Source of the DNA: an uncultured Ruminococcus sp.
GTDB taxonomy: Bacteria > Bacillota > Clostridia > CAKSNL01 > HGM11501
Length of the DNA stretch: 64,000 nucleotides
Assembly (NCBI GenBank): GCA_964466295.1
Contig: CAYXRC010000003.1
Coordinates: 87,059 to 151,058 of the forward strand
Reading direction: 5' to 3'
Shown one piece after another: positions 38,624 through 48,025 of this stretch. Every line of letters begins with the position of its first letter. Positions within the stretch are counted from its first letter, which is position 1. Under the pieces are notes generated by a model that was not told the origin of the DNA, ran no database searches, and saw only the letters and a program-made list of their open reading frames with translations. A program made the position numbers and the translations under genes.

Positions 38624-39232
38624 TTATTCTTCATCTGGTGCTTGTCCATCATGTGGAAGCCATTTACATTCTGTCACTTCCATATCTGTAAATATAGCTT
38701 TAAATGAAGATTTCTCCGCACTGCATGCATATATTCCAAACGGAATTGTATCCCTTGTGTTAAACATATGACAAATACGCATTTGTTTAAAATTCTCACC
38801 ATCCATAGAATTCTCAATACAAAAATCATTTTCCCTGCGACTAAGACGAAACCATATTGACTTCATTGAAGCATCCACATCTACAGAAGACCAATCAGAA
38901 TATCCATTATTAGTTACAACGCTACCTAACCGTTGTATCTCATCATTTTCATATTCTATTGCTGCCTTAAGCCAGTTTTCACTATCAAGATACATTACAA
39001 TTCCACTTTGGTCATAACGTACTTTTGTATCAAACTCTGTCCTAACTACAAAAGAAAAATATTTTTCATCTGTAGTCATTTGCAAGATAGGTGCATTATC
39101 ATTGCGAAAATGATAATATGTTCTCTGCCATAAATCAGTAAATGGCTCTGTAATCATTTCTATTCTATTTTCCTCTATCGCATACTGCTTAGGTTCTCTT
39201 ATCCATTTTAATTCATTTACATTAAATTTCAT
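38624..39232 (-). CDS. DUF1349-like (concanavalin-like fold) protein, tentative
   Basis: 202 aa, Trp/Asp-rich and soluble. Family assignment is from memory of the DUF1349/YesU-type pattern. The gene is visibly more AT-rich than its neighbours and has its own promoter (TTGACT-17-TATAAT) and flanking hairpins. Confidence 0.4.
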   Translation of the reverse strand: MKFNVNELKWIREPKQYAIEENRIEMITEPFTDLWQRTYYHFRNDNAPILQMTTDEKYFSFVVRTEFDTKVRYDQSGIVMYLDSENWLKAAIEYENDEIQRLGSVVTNNGYSDWSSVDVDASMKSIWFRLSRRENDFCIENSMDGENFKQMRICHMFNTRDTIPFGIYACSAEKSSFKAIFTDMEVTECKWLPHDGQAPDEE

Positions 39233-39329
39233 TTTATTTACCCCTCCATAAATCTTGTCTCTCTGAATTACGATTTTCCGTTTTGTTAATTATATAAAAC
39301 TCCTCTTAAAAAGTCAACAGCGAAAGAAA

Positions 39330-39366
39330 CTATAAAGCGGCTTTTGACATAATCGCCAAAAGCCGC
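39330..39366 (-). terminator. terminator hairpin downstream of the MGL-family gene
   Basis: aaagcggcttttg ... caaaagccgcttt, a 13-bp stem. Confidence 0.5.
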
Positions 39367-39393
39367 TTTCCCTTTTTGCCAAAGGGTGTATCA

Positions 39394-40632
39394 TTATTTT
39401 TTAATCATTTCGATGGCGTGCATTATGCCGATTTTTGCCGCCTCATAGGTAAGTCCTCCCTGCATGTATGCAATATAGGGCTCCCTTAAAGGACCGTCCG
39501 CCGAAAATTCTATGGACGAGCCCTGTATAAACGCTCCCGCCGCCATAATTACCTTGTCCGCATAGCCCGGCATATCAGCCGGCTCAGGCACCACAAAAGC
39601 ATCAATAGGCGCTCCCTTTTGTATGCCCCGACAGAACGCTATAAGCTTTTCGGGTGTTAAGAATTTTATAGCCTGAACTATATCGGTGCGCTCCTGTCCG
39701 GGAAGAGGGCTTGTTTCATAGCCCAAAGTCCTCATAGCGTAAGCGCATAAAACAGCCGCTTTTTTTGCCTGTGATACAACGTGTGGAGCAAGGAAAAATC
39801 CCTGATACATATCCTTATTTTCGTTAAGGCTCGCTCCTGCCTCCCGTCCGGTGGACGGAGTTGTAAGGCGATAGCCCGAAAGCTCCACAAGGTCGTGTCT
39901 GCCTGCAATATAGCCGCCCATTTTAGCAAGTCCTCCGCCGGGATTTTTAATCAGGGAGCCTGCCATAAGATCGGCTCCGTAATATGTAGGCTCGTGCTCG
40001 GACACAAATTCACCGTAGCAGTTATCCACAAAGCATATTGTATCGGGACTTACGCTCTTTACCGCCTTTATGATTTTTTCTATTTCACCTAAGGTAATAT
40101 CATGATTCCATTCATACCCTCTCGACCGCTGAATGTGAACGGCCTTCACCTTTTCCCTGGATAGGTATTCTTTTATTTTATCTATATCTGCCCGTGAGTT
40201 TTTTAAGGGAATTTCATCATACTTAACTTTGAAATCCATGAGCGACCCGTTATGGGATCCGTCGATTCCTATAACCGAGTCAAAGGTGTCATACGGCTTT
40301 CCCGTAACCGCCAAAAGCTTGTCACCGGGTCTTAAGATTGCGAAAAGCGCAGTGGTTATCGCCTGCGTTCCGGAGGTCAAGGTCATCCTGACAATTGCGT
40401 CCTCGGCTTCAAATACCTCGGCATACACCTTATCTAAGGCGTCCTTTCCCATATCGTCATAACCGTAGCCTGTCGTTCCGTTAAGATGCGCCGCACTTAT
40501 ACGGTTATTGCCAAAGGCTTCAAGTACCTTCGCCTGATTAAAAAGGGCTGTTTTCTCTATCTCGTCAAATTCCTCTTTGGCGGCCTTTTCCGCCTCATAT
40601 ATTATTTTTTTTGTTTCTTCACTGATATTCAT
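39394..40632 (-). CDS. methionine gamma-lyase family PLP-dependent protein (YnbB / aluminium-resistance-protein family)
   Basis: 412 aa. The N-terminal block NQAKVLEAF..N.I...HL.GTTGYGYDD is typical of this Cys/Met-metabolism PLP family. Confidence 0.7.
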   Translation of the reverse strand: MNISEETKKIIYEAEKAAKEEFDEIEKTALFNQAKVLEAFGNNRISAAHLNGTTGYGYDDMGKDALDKVYAEVFEAEDAIVRMTLTSGTQAITTALFAILRPGDKLLAVTGKPYDTFDSVIGIDGSHNGSLMDFKVKYDEIPLKNSRADIDKIKEYLSREKVKAVHIQRSRGYEWNHDITLGEIEKIIKAVKSVSPDTICFVDNCYGEFVSEHEPTYYGADLMAGSLIKNPGGGLAKMGGYIAGRHDLVELSGYRLTTPSTGREAGASLNENKDMYQGFFLAPHVVSQAKKAAVLCAYAMRTLGYETSPLPGQERTDIVQAIKFLTPEKLIAFCRGIQKGAPIDAFVVPEPADMPGYADKVIMAAGAFIQGSSIEFSADGPLREPYIAYMQGGLTYEAAKIGIMHAIEMIKK

Positions 40633-40637
40633 ACTTA

Positions 40638-41213
40638 TTACTTCATATTATAGCCCAAGGAAAATGCCTCAAGATTTATCTTGAGAAACTTTTCGGGAAC
40701 CGTCTCCTTTATTACTTCCTGCCATACGCTCTCGGGTATATCTGTATTTTTTGCCAAAAGACCTATCAATACCACGTTAACCGCCTTTGAGCTTCCGGCC
40801 TTTTCCGCCATCTTTAATGCGTCTACCGGAGTTAAATTTACTCCCAGTGCCTTTATCTTCTCTATTATATTCTCAGGATATTTTGCCTTTCCCATTATTA
40901 CCGGCATCGGGTCCATACACTGAGTGTTAACCAAAAGTCTGCCGTCCTTTTTAAGGTAAGGAAGGCTTCTTAACGCTTCAAGCTCTTCAAACGCCATGAT
41001 AATATCGGCTCCGCCCTCGCATATAACCGGCGAATAAACCTCATCATCTCCGTATCGCACATAAGTTACCACGCTTCCGCCGCGCTGGCTCATACCGTGC
41101 ACCTCGCTTACCTTAACGTCGTATCCGCATTTTATGGCTGTATTTCCCAATATTCTGCTCGCAAGAAGCGTGCCCTGTCCTCCTACGCCGACTATCATTA
41201 TCGAAGTATTCAT
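40638..41213 (-). CDS. iorB: indolepyruvate:ferredoxin oxidoreductase beta subunit
   Basis: 191 aa 2-oxoacid oxidoreductase gamma-type domain (IVGVGGQG). It lies immediately downstream of iorA. Confidence 0.8.
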   Translation of the reverse strand: MNTSIMIVGVGGQGTLLASRILGNTAIKCGYDVKVSEVHGMSQRGGSVVTYVRYGDDEVYSPVICEGGADIIMAFEELEALRSLPYLKKDGRLLVNTQCMDPMPVIMGKAKYPENIIEKIKALGVNLTPVDALKMAEKAGSSKAVNVVLIGLLAKNTDIPESVWQEVIKETVPEKFLKINLEAFSLGYNMK

Positions 41214-42943
41214 TACGCTTCCTCCTTTACCAGCGCATGCTTTTTGCAGATTTGCTCACAGTATCCGCAGCCGTTGCACTGGGTTTTATCAATATTAATT
41301 TTATCTCCGTCAAAGCTAATTGCCGGACATCCGATTTTTAAGCACATTTTGCACTTTACGCAGGAATCCGTTACGGTCATAACGCCTTTATAGTGTACAC
41401 TCTTTAATAAAGCGCAGGGGCGCTGTGCAATAATTACCGATGGCTCGTTCTTTTTAACCTCTTCCGCTACCGTCTTTTTAAAGCCTTCAAGATCAAACGG
41501 GTCGGCAATTTTAATGCTTTCAACTCCTATTGCCTCGCAGAGCTTTACAAGGTCTACCTGCCTTGTAGCCTCGCCCCTTATGGTCTTTCCGGTAAGGGGA
41601 TTATCCTGATGTCCGGTCATACCGGTAATTGAGTTATCCAGTATAATCACCGTGGAATTGCCCTTATTATATACAACATTTATAAGTCCGGTTATTCCGC
41701 TGTGTATAAAGGTGGAATCGCCTAAAACCGCCACGGTTTTTTCAGAGCTTTGGGGCGTCGCCTTATCCATTCCGTGCGCCATTCCGATTGATGCGCCCAT
41801 GCATACGCATGCGTCAATTGACTCTAAGGGCGCTAAGGTCCCGAGAGTATAGCAGCCTATATCTCCCATAACATTAAGACCCAGTGATTTTAATGCGTAA
41901 AATGTTCCCCTGTGAGGGCAGCCGCAGCAAAGCACCGGAGGGCGTACGGGCACCGGCTCATCTATCTTTAATGACGTTTCCTTTTTTTCTCCCAAAACTG
42001 CGCTTCTTATCATGTCGGCGCTGTATTCGCCGATAAGTGAAAAGACCTCCTTGCCTATTACGTCTATTCCCATAGCCTTGATATGCTCTTCAAAGAAGGG
42101 GTCAAGCTCCTCAACCACATAGCATTTTTCAACCTTAGACGCAAATTCTTTTATTAAAGAATCGCAGAAGGGATAAACCATTCCGAGCTTTAAATAAGAT
42201 GCCTTGTCGCCCAGCGCCTCTTTAGCGTACTGATAGGAAATTCCGCTTGTGATAATGCCTATTTTCGTATCGTTATATTCAACTTTATTTAATTCGCTCG
42301 TATCGGAATATGCGCTTACCTCCTTTAAGGTTTCCTCCAAAACGGGATGTCTTTTTTTCGCCATTGCCGGCATCATGACATTTTTAACCGGATCCTTTTT
42401 ATATTCCTTGCAAAACTCTTCTCTTTCGCCGGTTTCAACAAGGCTTTGCGAGTGGGACACTCTCGTTGTAAGCCTTAAAATAACAGGCAAATTAAATTTT
42501 TCGCTTATTTCAAACGCCTTTTTGGAAAACTCATAACATTCTTCTGAATCGGAGGGCTCTAACATTATAACCTTTGACGCCTTTGCATAATTTCTCGAGT
42601 CCTGCTCATTCTGAGAGCTGTGCATTCCGGGATCGTCCGCAACGCAGATGACAAGTCCTGCGTTCACCCCTGTATACGCCGCCGTAAAAAGAGGGTCTGC
42701 CGCAACGTTTAATCCCACATGCTTCATTGCACATATCGCTCTTCCGCCGGCTAAAGACGAACCGATAGCCGTTTCAAGCGCAACCTTTTCATTGGGCGCC
42801 CACTCCACATGAGGACAGGATAACGTCGCCATGTATTCCATTATTTCCGTGCTCGGTGTTCCCGGGTATGCGCTTGCCACCTTAACCCCGGCCTCAAAAG
42901 CACCCTCGGCTGCGGCGTGATTGCCAAGCATTAATTTTTTCAT
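41213..42943 (-). CDS. iorA: indolepyruvate:ferredoxin oxidoreductase alpha subunit
   Basis: 576 aa with TPP-binding domains and two C-terminal 4Fe-4S motifs (CVKCKMCLKIGCP; CNGCGYCEQIC). Confidence 0.85.
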   Translation of the reverse strand: MKKLMLGNHAAAEGAFEAGVKVASAYPGTPSTEIMEYMATLSCPHVEWAPNEKVALETAIGSSLAGGRAICAMKHVGLNVAADPLFTAAYTGVNAGLVICVADDPGMHSSQNEQDSRNYAKASKVIMLEPSDSEECYEFSKKAFEISEKFNLPVILRLTTRVSHSQSLVETGEREEFCKEYKKDPVKNVMMPAMAKKRHPVLEETLKEVSAYSDTSELNKVEYNDTKIGIITSGISYQYAKEALGDKASYLKLGMVYPFCDSLIKEFASKVEKCYVVEELDPFFEEHIKAMGIDVIGKEVFSLIGEYSADMIRSAVLGEKKETSLKIDEPVPVRPPVLCCGCPHRGTFYALKSLGLNVMGDIGCYTLGTLAPLESIDACVCMGASIGMAHGMDKATPQSSEKTVAVLGDSTFIHSGITGLINVVYNKGNSTVIILDNSITGMTGHQDNPLTGKTIRGEATRQVDLVKLCEAIGVESIKIADPFDLEGFKKTVAEEVKKNEPSVIIAQRPCALLKSVHYKGVMTVTDSCVKCKMCLKIGCPAISFDGDKINIDKTQCNGCGYCEQICKKHALVKEEA

Positions 42944-42978
42944 TTGCTTTTTCTCCTTTGCCTTATAGTTTATTTTTA

Positions 42979-43590
42979 TTATATAATAAAATCCTTATCT
43001 TGTAAAGAACTCATATCGGTTAAAAAAAATATTATCCTCATAAAATTTGAAAAGCTGCGGCTTAAATATCCTTTATCATTTTTTATAGGTCCTCCCTCAT
43101 AGTAGTAATCCAAGTATAAGGACGCAGTCTTTTCCGCCCTTCTTATTATGGGGGCTAAGTCTTTTCGCAAAGTGGCACGCAAAACGTCCGCTTCCAAAAA
43201 GCTTGCGGAAAGAATCAGTTTTTTTCCGCTTTCTGTTAAGGAAAGCTCATCCCCGCCTGCTCCCGACGCCAGAAGGTAAGCCGAATAAAGATAAAGCTCA
43301 TTTTTTATATTATTTCCCTTGATTTTAGCGCCGTTATCTTCCTTTTTTTCAGAAAAGAAATTAAAGTCCTCCTTAGTAAAAGACCTTAAAATCACGGCTT
43401 CTTTTTCATACCATGCGTCTTCGGGGTAAAAATTTTCAAAAATTCCTTCCGATTCCTTTTTAAGCCCGTCAAAATCGGATATTAAAATGTCCTTGCCGGC
43501 AGAGTAAAATCCTGCCATATCCTTTCTTTCCTTAAAAATAAGGGGATTTTTTTCCACCCTTTCGGAAAGCAGCGCAAGCTGTCCCCTCAT
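42979..43590 (-). CDS. hypothetical protein (no recognisable family)
   Basis: 203 aa, soluble, Lys/Glu/Ser-rich. Its start overlaps the stop of the upstream DUF1934 gene (ATGA), and it lies upstream of iorAB. Confidence 0.5.
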   Translation of the reverse strand: MRGQLALLSERVEKNPLIFKERKDMAGFYSAGKDILISDFDGLKKESEGIFENFYPEDAWYEKEAVILRSFTKEDFNFFSEKKEDNGAKIKGNNIKNELYLYSAYLLASGAGGDELSLTESGKKLILSASFLEADVLRATLRKDLAPIIRRAEKTASLYLDYYYEGGPIKNDKGYLSRSFSNFMRIIFFLTDMSSLQDKDFII

Positions 43591-44012
43591 GCCTCTCTTA
43601 TGGAAAGCGACAAAGAATTTGAGGACTGAGGCACATTATCTATGTCTATAAAATAGTCAATAGAGATTTTACCTTTAGTTTCCTCAAAATCCACGCTCAT
43701 CTTGTCGGTGATAGTGCTTACCGTAAAGCTCCCGTAAGGCGTTTCGTAATGACCGAGGTGCTTTTTCCCGTTTTCAAACACCATATATGTGCCGCCCACT
43801 CCGTTTCTCGACATTGTAACGGTATCTTTATCTATTTTAAGCATGGTTTTTGTTCCTGCGGCAAATCCGGTAACCTCGCTTTCCTCGTAAACTATATATT
43901 TTTTCCCGTTTTTCTCATAAAATCTGCCGCTTGTTATAAGCTCCATATCCTCGTCTTCTCCGCATTCATCGCCGAATGCGCCTTTAATTGAAATAATAAC
44001 GTCCTGTTTCAC
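43587..44012 (-). CDS. DUF1934 (YwiB-like) beta-barrel protein
   Basis: 141 aa. Size and pattern (ISIKG.....E.....EL.T.G.....G...I.YEE) fit the YwiB family; this is from memory. Confidence 0.5.
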   Translation of the reverse strand: MKQDVIISIKGAFGDECGEDEDMELITSGRFYEKNGKKYIVYEESEVTGFAAGTKTMLKIDKDTVTMSRNGVGGTYMVFENGKKHLGHYETPYGSFTVSTITDKMSVDFEETKGKISIDYFIDIDNVPQSSNSLSLSIREA

Positions 44013-44033
44013 ACTTTTGCTCCTTTTATGGTT

Positions 44034-45269
44034 TTATTTTTCTAAAGACAAATAAACCGGTATCCCGTCTTTATATTCAGGATAGCTTTCGCCCTTTACC
44101 AAAGGCGATACGTACTTTATAAATTCATCTTTGATAAAATTTCCTTCTTCGTTTATCCACTCTCTCGGAATCTTTTTCTCTTTATTGGCAACACTTTCTA
44201 TATCCATTGCTTCGGATATTACGCTGTAATTTCCGTTTTCGTCCGTCTGCCTTACGTACCCCATCATTTTTCCTGTAACTCCGGAGTATACGGCACGAAA
44301 TGCACACCTTCCGTTCTCCCGTGCCTCGGAAATATCGCAGGCGCTTTGAATATGCCCGGCACAGCGCTGAAGCACATTAAGCTCCACCGCTCTCGCTTTT
44401 ATTTTAAGTCTTTCTCTTACTGCGTTTTCCAAAACCTTGCCGGCTCCGCTCAAATACTTGTGTCCGAAGCAGTCTACCGCTCCGGAGGACATGCTCTCGC
44501 ATATATAGACCCCGTTTTTATCCCTTATACCTTCTGAAACCGCAACAATCGCCGTATTTTTTCTGTCGGTAATATTTTTTACGTCGCAAAGGAACCTTTC
44601 CGTATCAAAAGGCACTTCGGGAAGATATATAAGATCGGGGGACTCGCACTTTTCTCCCCGTGCAAGTACAGACGACGCCGTAAGCCAGCCTGAGTCCCTG
44701 CCCATGATTTCAACAATAAGAACGCTCTTCATATCATATACGTTAGTATCGCAGTGCATTTCCCTTATGGAGGAAGCCACAAACTTTGCCGCACTTCCGT
44801 AGCCCGGGCAATGGTCCGTTCCGCCTAAGTCGTTGTCAATGCTTTTTGGCACACCGATTACAGAAACACCGCATCCGTGCTCTTTTGAATATTCGCTTAA
44901 ATTATACGCTGTATCCATGGAGTCATTGCCGCCTATATAAACAAAATACTTTATCGAGTATTTTTTAAGAACGTCAAATATTTTTTCGTAAACCTCGGGC
45001 TTGTCCTTGGAAGAAGGCATTTTATATCTGCACGAGCCAAGGTAAGCCGACGGTGTGTGGCAAAGTGCATCTCTTTTTTCTTTTTCGGCAAATTCTGATT
45101 TTAAATCTTTTAGCTTTTCCTTAATAAGCCCCTCGATTCCGTTAACCATGCCGTAAATCTCACCGCAAAAGTCCGATTCCAGCGCTCCCTCTATTATTCC
45201 GCATAAAGAAGCGTTAATGGCCGCCGTAGGTCCTCCGGACTGTCCAATCACAATATTTCCACAAATCAT
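44034..45269 (-). CDS. pfp: phosphofructokinase, PFK-A family; predicted pyrophosphate-dependent type
   Basis: 411 aa. GGNDS occupies the position of the ATP-PFK GGDGS motif, giving the G104D-equivalent. PKSIDND gives the G124K-equivalent. The MGR motif is present. These substitutions are the established PPi-PFK signature. Confidence 0.7.
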   Translation of the reverse strand: MICGNIVIGQSGGPTAAINASLCGIIEGALESDFCGEIYGMVNGIEGLIKEKLKDLKSEFAEKEKRDALCHTPSAYLGSCRYKMPSSKDKPEVYEKIFDVLKKYSIKYFVYIGGNDSMDTAYNLSEYSKEHGCGVSVIGVPKSIDNDLGGTDHCPGYGSAAKFVASSIREMHCDTNVYDMKSVLIVEIMGRDSGWLTASSVLARGEKCESPDLIYLPEVPFDTERFLCDVKNITDRKNTAIVAVSEGIRDKNGVYICESMSSGAVDCFGHKYLSGAGKVLENAVRERLKIKARAVELNVLQRCAGHIQSACDISEARENGRCAFRAVYSGVTGKMMGYVRQTDENGNYSVISEAMDIESVANKEKKIPREWINEEGNFIKDEFIKYVSPLVKGESYPEYKDGIPVYLSLEK

Positions 45270-45403
45270 GTCGGTTTTTTCATCCTTTCAAGCCTTAATA
45301 TTATTCATTATATCAAAATTTAAAATAAATTCAAGTTTTTACTTGAAGAAATTTAAAAATGTGGTAAAATAATATGTAAATCTATTTTTTAAGGGAGAAT
45401 TTC

Positions 45404-45883
45404 ATGAAAGAATATTTAAAAGTCATATTTGAAACCGAAGAAAAAGATTATTTCTGCATTTGGCAAACCGATTTGAATTCCGGCTTCGTTAAGGACTCTG
45501 ATCACGTAGCCTGCTTCAGGGATGAAGAGGTGTTTGACGCTTACTGCTCGGCAAAGGGACTTAAAATCAAAGAAACTTTGGTCTTCAGCCTTGTAGACCT
45601 TATGAGCTTTGCCTCCGGTATGAGCTCTGACTACAATCCTTCTTTGCTTTTAAATTTCTGGAATATCTGTTCCGATCTTGCCTTTACTTTGGGAGTAACT
45701 TTTTTGGGCGATGACGACAATGACGCTCTCTCTGAGATTTACGACACGCTTTTCTTTATGTCGTCTTCAGAGCCTGATGAAAATAAAACCAAGGAAACCC
45801 TTACAAAAGACGATATATCGGATCTTCGGGAGGTAATTTCCGACGGCTGCAAATTAATTGTTTCAAACTTAAACGCAATTTAA
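45404..45883 (+). CDS. acidic hypothetical protein
   Basis: 159 aa, Asp/Glu-rich, with no recognisable family. Its stop lies 4 nt before the rlmH start. Confidence 0.5.
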   Translation: MKEYLKVIFETEEKDYFCIWQTDLNSGFVKDSDHVACFRDEEVFDAYCSAKGLKIKETLVFSLVDLMSFASGMSSDYNPSLLLNFWNICSDLAFTLGVTFLGDDDNDALSEIYDTLFFMSSSEPDENKTKETLTKDDISDLREVISDGCKLIVSNLNAI

Positions 45884-45886
45884 AAG

Positions 45887-46366
45887 ATGAAGATAAAGCT
45901 TATATGTGTGGGGCGCCTTAAAGAGGATTTTTATAAAGGCGCCGCCGCAGAATATTCTAAAAGACTGTCCCGTTTTCATAAATTTGAGCTTATAGAAATT
46001 CCGGAGGAAATAAAATCAGACTCTCCGGGGGAAGCCGAAATAAAAAAAGCGCTGGACTCTGAGGCGTCAAAAATTTTAAAAGCGCTGGGAAAAAACGCCT
46101 TCGTCATCTCCCTTGCAATAGAAGGAAGCCATATGTCCAGCGAAGCTTTTGCAAAAAGGCTTAAAGCTTTAGCTGATACGGGAAAAAGCGAGGCAGACTT
46201 TATAATAGGCGGAAGCTACGGCCTATCCGACAAGGTGCTTTCCGCCTCTGATCTTTTGTTAAGCTTTTCAAAAATGACCTTCACTTATCAGCTTGCACGG
46301 GTGATTTTTTTAGAACAGATATACCGTGCGTCAAAGATTAACGCAGGAGAAACATATCACAAATAA
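45887..46366 (+). CDS. rlmH: 23S rRNA (pseudouridine1915-N3)-methyltransferase
   Basis: 159 aa SPOUT protein beginning MKI.LI.VG. Confidence 0.85.
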   Translation: MKIKLICVGRLKEDFYKGAAAEYSKRLSRFHKFELIEIPEEIKSDSPGEAEIKKALDSEASKILKALGKNAFVISLAIEGSHMSSEAFAKRLKALADTGKSEADFIIGGSYGLSDKVLSASDLLLSFSKMTFTYQLARVIFLEQIYRASKINAGETYHK

Positions 46367-46377
46367 GGAGACAGAAA

Positions 46378-47325
46378 ATGGATTTGGCATTAAAGATTTT
46401 ATATCAGGTAATTATAATATTTATATATATGTCCGTGGGCTTCGTTTTATCAAAAACCAAGAAAATTTCAGACACAGGCGTTAAAGATATGACAGGTGTG
46501 CTTTTATCCGTCGTTACACCCTGCGTTCTTATTTCGGCATACCAGCAAAAAATTGATGAATTCAGCTTTACCGTTATAAAGGGACTCGGCATTGCGGCAC
46601 TGTTTACGGTTATTGTGCATATCGCCTCTATAATAATCGCAACTTATTTTTATAAAAAGGAGGATAGCGGACGATATAAGGTCAACCGCTTTGCGGCGGT
46701 ATACTCTAACTGCGGCTTTATGGCAATCCCCATTTTATCCTCCGTACTGGGAGCAGACGGGGTATTTTACGGCTCTGTATATCTTGCGATATTCACGTTT
46801 TTTTACTGGACTCACGGAGTTATAGTTTATTCAGGCAGTAAGAGCTCGGTTTCCTCAAAAGCGCTTTTCTTAAACGCCGGGGTAATCGGAACTTTAATTG
46901 CTCTTCTGCTTTTCCTTTTCAAAATCAAGCTCCCCGGCATCCTATCCGACGCTACGAACGGAATTGCCGATCTTAATACTCCGCTTTCGATGCTTATTTT
47001 GGGCACATATCTTGCCAACGTTAATTGGAAAAATGCTTTTTCCAAGGCTTCACTCTACACTGTTTCTTTTTTAAGACTTATTCTGATACCCTTTATTTCG
47101 GTTTTCATAATTCTTTTAATAAGGCTTGTGATTCCCGTAAATTCACTTATAGCTCAGGCGGTGTTTATTCCCGCGGCATGTCCCGTTGCCGGAGTAACAG
47201 CGTTATTCGCCGCCAAATACGGCTCAGACGCCGCATATGCGTCTGAGCTTGTGGCGATAACAACATTATTTTCAATAATCACATTACCTGTCATGATGGT
47301 AATTTCAACTTATTTCATAAATTAA
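46378..47325 (+). CDS. AEC (auxin efflux carrier / malate permease-like) family transporter
   Basis: 315 aa polytopic membrane protein showing the AEC pattern. Confidence 0.7.
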   Translation: MDLALKILYQVIIIFIYMSVGFVLSKTKKISDTGVKDMTGVLLSVVTPCVLISAYQQKIDEFSFTVIKGLGIAALFTVIVHIASIIIATYFYKKEDSGRYKVNRFAAVYSNCGFMAIPILSSVLGADGVFYGSVYLAIFTFFYWTHGVIVYSGSKSSVSSKALFLNAGVIGTLIALLLFLFKIKLPGILSDATNGIADLNTPLSMLILGTYLANVNWKNAFSKASLYTVSFLRLILIPFISVFIILLIRLVIPVNSLIAQAVFIPAACPVAGVTALFAAKYGSDAAYASELVAITTLFSIITLPVMMVISTYFIN

Positions 47326-47393
47326 AGCTTTTGCTTTAATTATAAAAAATGCGCTGCATCCTAAAAAGGAGCAGCAGCTAGGAGGTTTTATTT

Positions 47394-47984
47394 ATGGAAA
47401 AGAAAAGATTATCAACCGAGAACATGGTGCTGGCAGCTCTGCTTACGACCTTAGTCGTAATTCTGCAGCTACTAAGCCTTGCGGCACGAGCCTTCGGCAT
47501 CCCGTTCTCCATCTCCCTTGCGCTGATACCTATTGTAATAGGCGCCGCCATATGCGGTCCTAAAATCGGCGCTTATCTGGGCTTCGTCTGCGGTATTGTA
47601 GTCCTTTTAACCGACTCTGCGGCGTTTATGGCAGTAAATCCCGCCGGCACGGTCATCACGGTTTTGGTAAAAGGCGTACTGGCAGGTCTTGCGGCAGGTC
47701 TTGCCTACAAAGCTCTGTCAAGGGTAAATACATATCTTGCCGTTATGGTTTCAGCCGCAGTTTGTCCCATAGTAAATACAGGAACATTTTTATTAGGCTG
47801 TCTTGTATTTTTCATGGACACAATTCAAGGCTGGACACTTGCGGCAGGCTTTACCGAAAATATAGCTTCATATATGATTTTCGGACTTGTGGGCATAAAC
47901 TTTGTTATTGAGCTTTTAGTAGACATAATAGTAGCTCCGATAATAGTTTACCTTATAAATATTAAAAAGAAAAAGCAGTATTAA
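47394..47984 (+). CDS. small polytopic membrane protein, ECF S-component-like
   Basis: 196 aa with 5-6 transmembrane helices. Function unknown. Confidence 0.45.
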   Translation: MEKKRLSTENMVLAALLTTLVVILQLLSLAARAFGIPFSISLALIPIVIGAAICGPKIGAYLGFVCGIVVLLTDSAAFMAVNPAGTVITVLVKGVLAGLAAGLAYKALSRVNTYLAVMVSAAVCPIVNTGTFLLGCLVFFMDTIQGWTLAAGFTENIASYMIFGLVGINFVIELLVDIIVAPIIVYLINIKKKKQY

Positions 47985-47999
47985 AAAACATAAAAATTA

Positions 48000-48025
48000 A
48001 AAAGCGCCTGACGGGCGCTTTTTAA
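48000..48025. terminator. bidirectional terminator
   Basis: aaaaagcgcc tgac gggcgcttttt. Confidence 0.8.
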
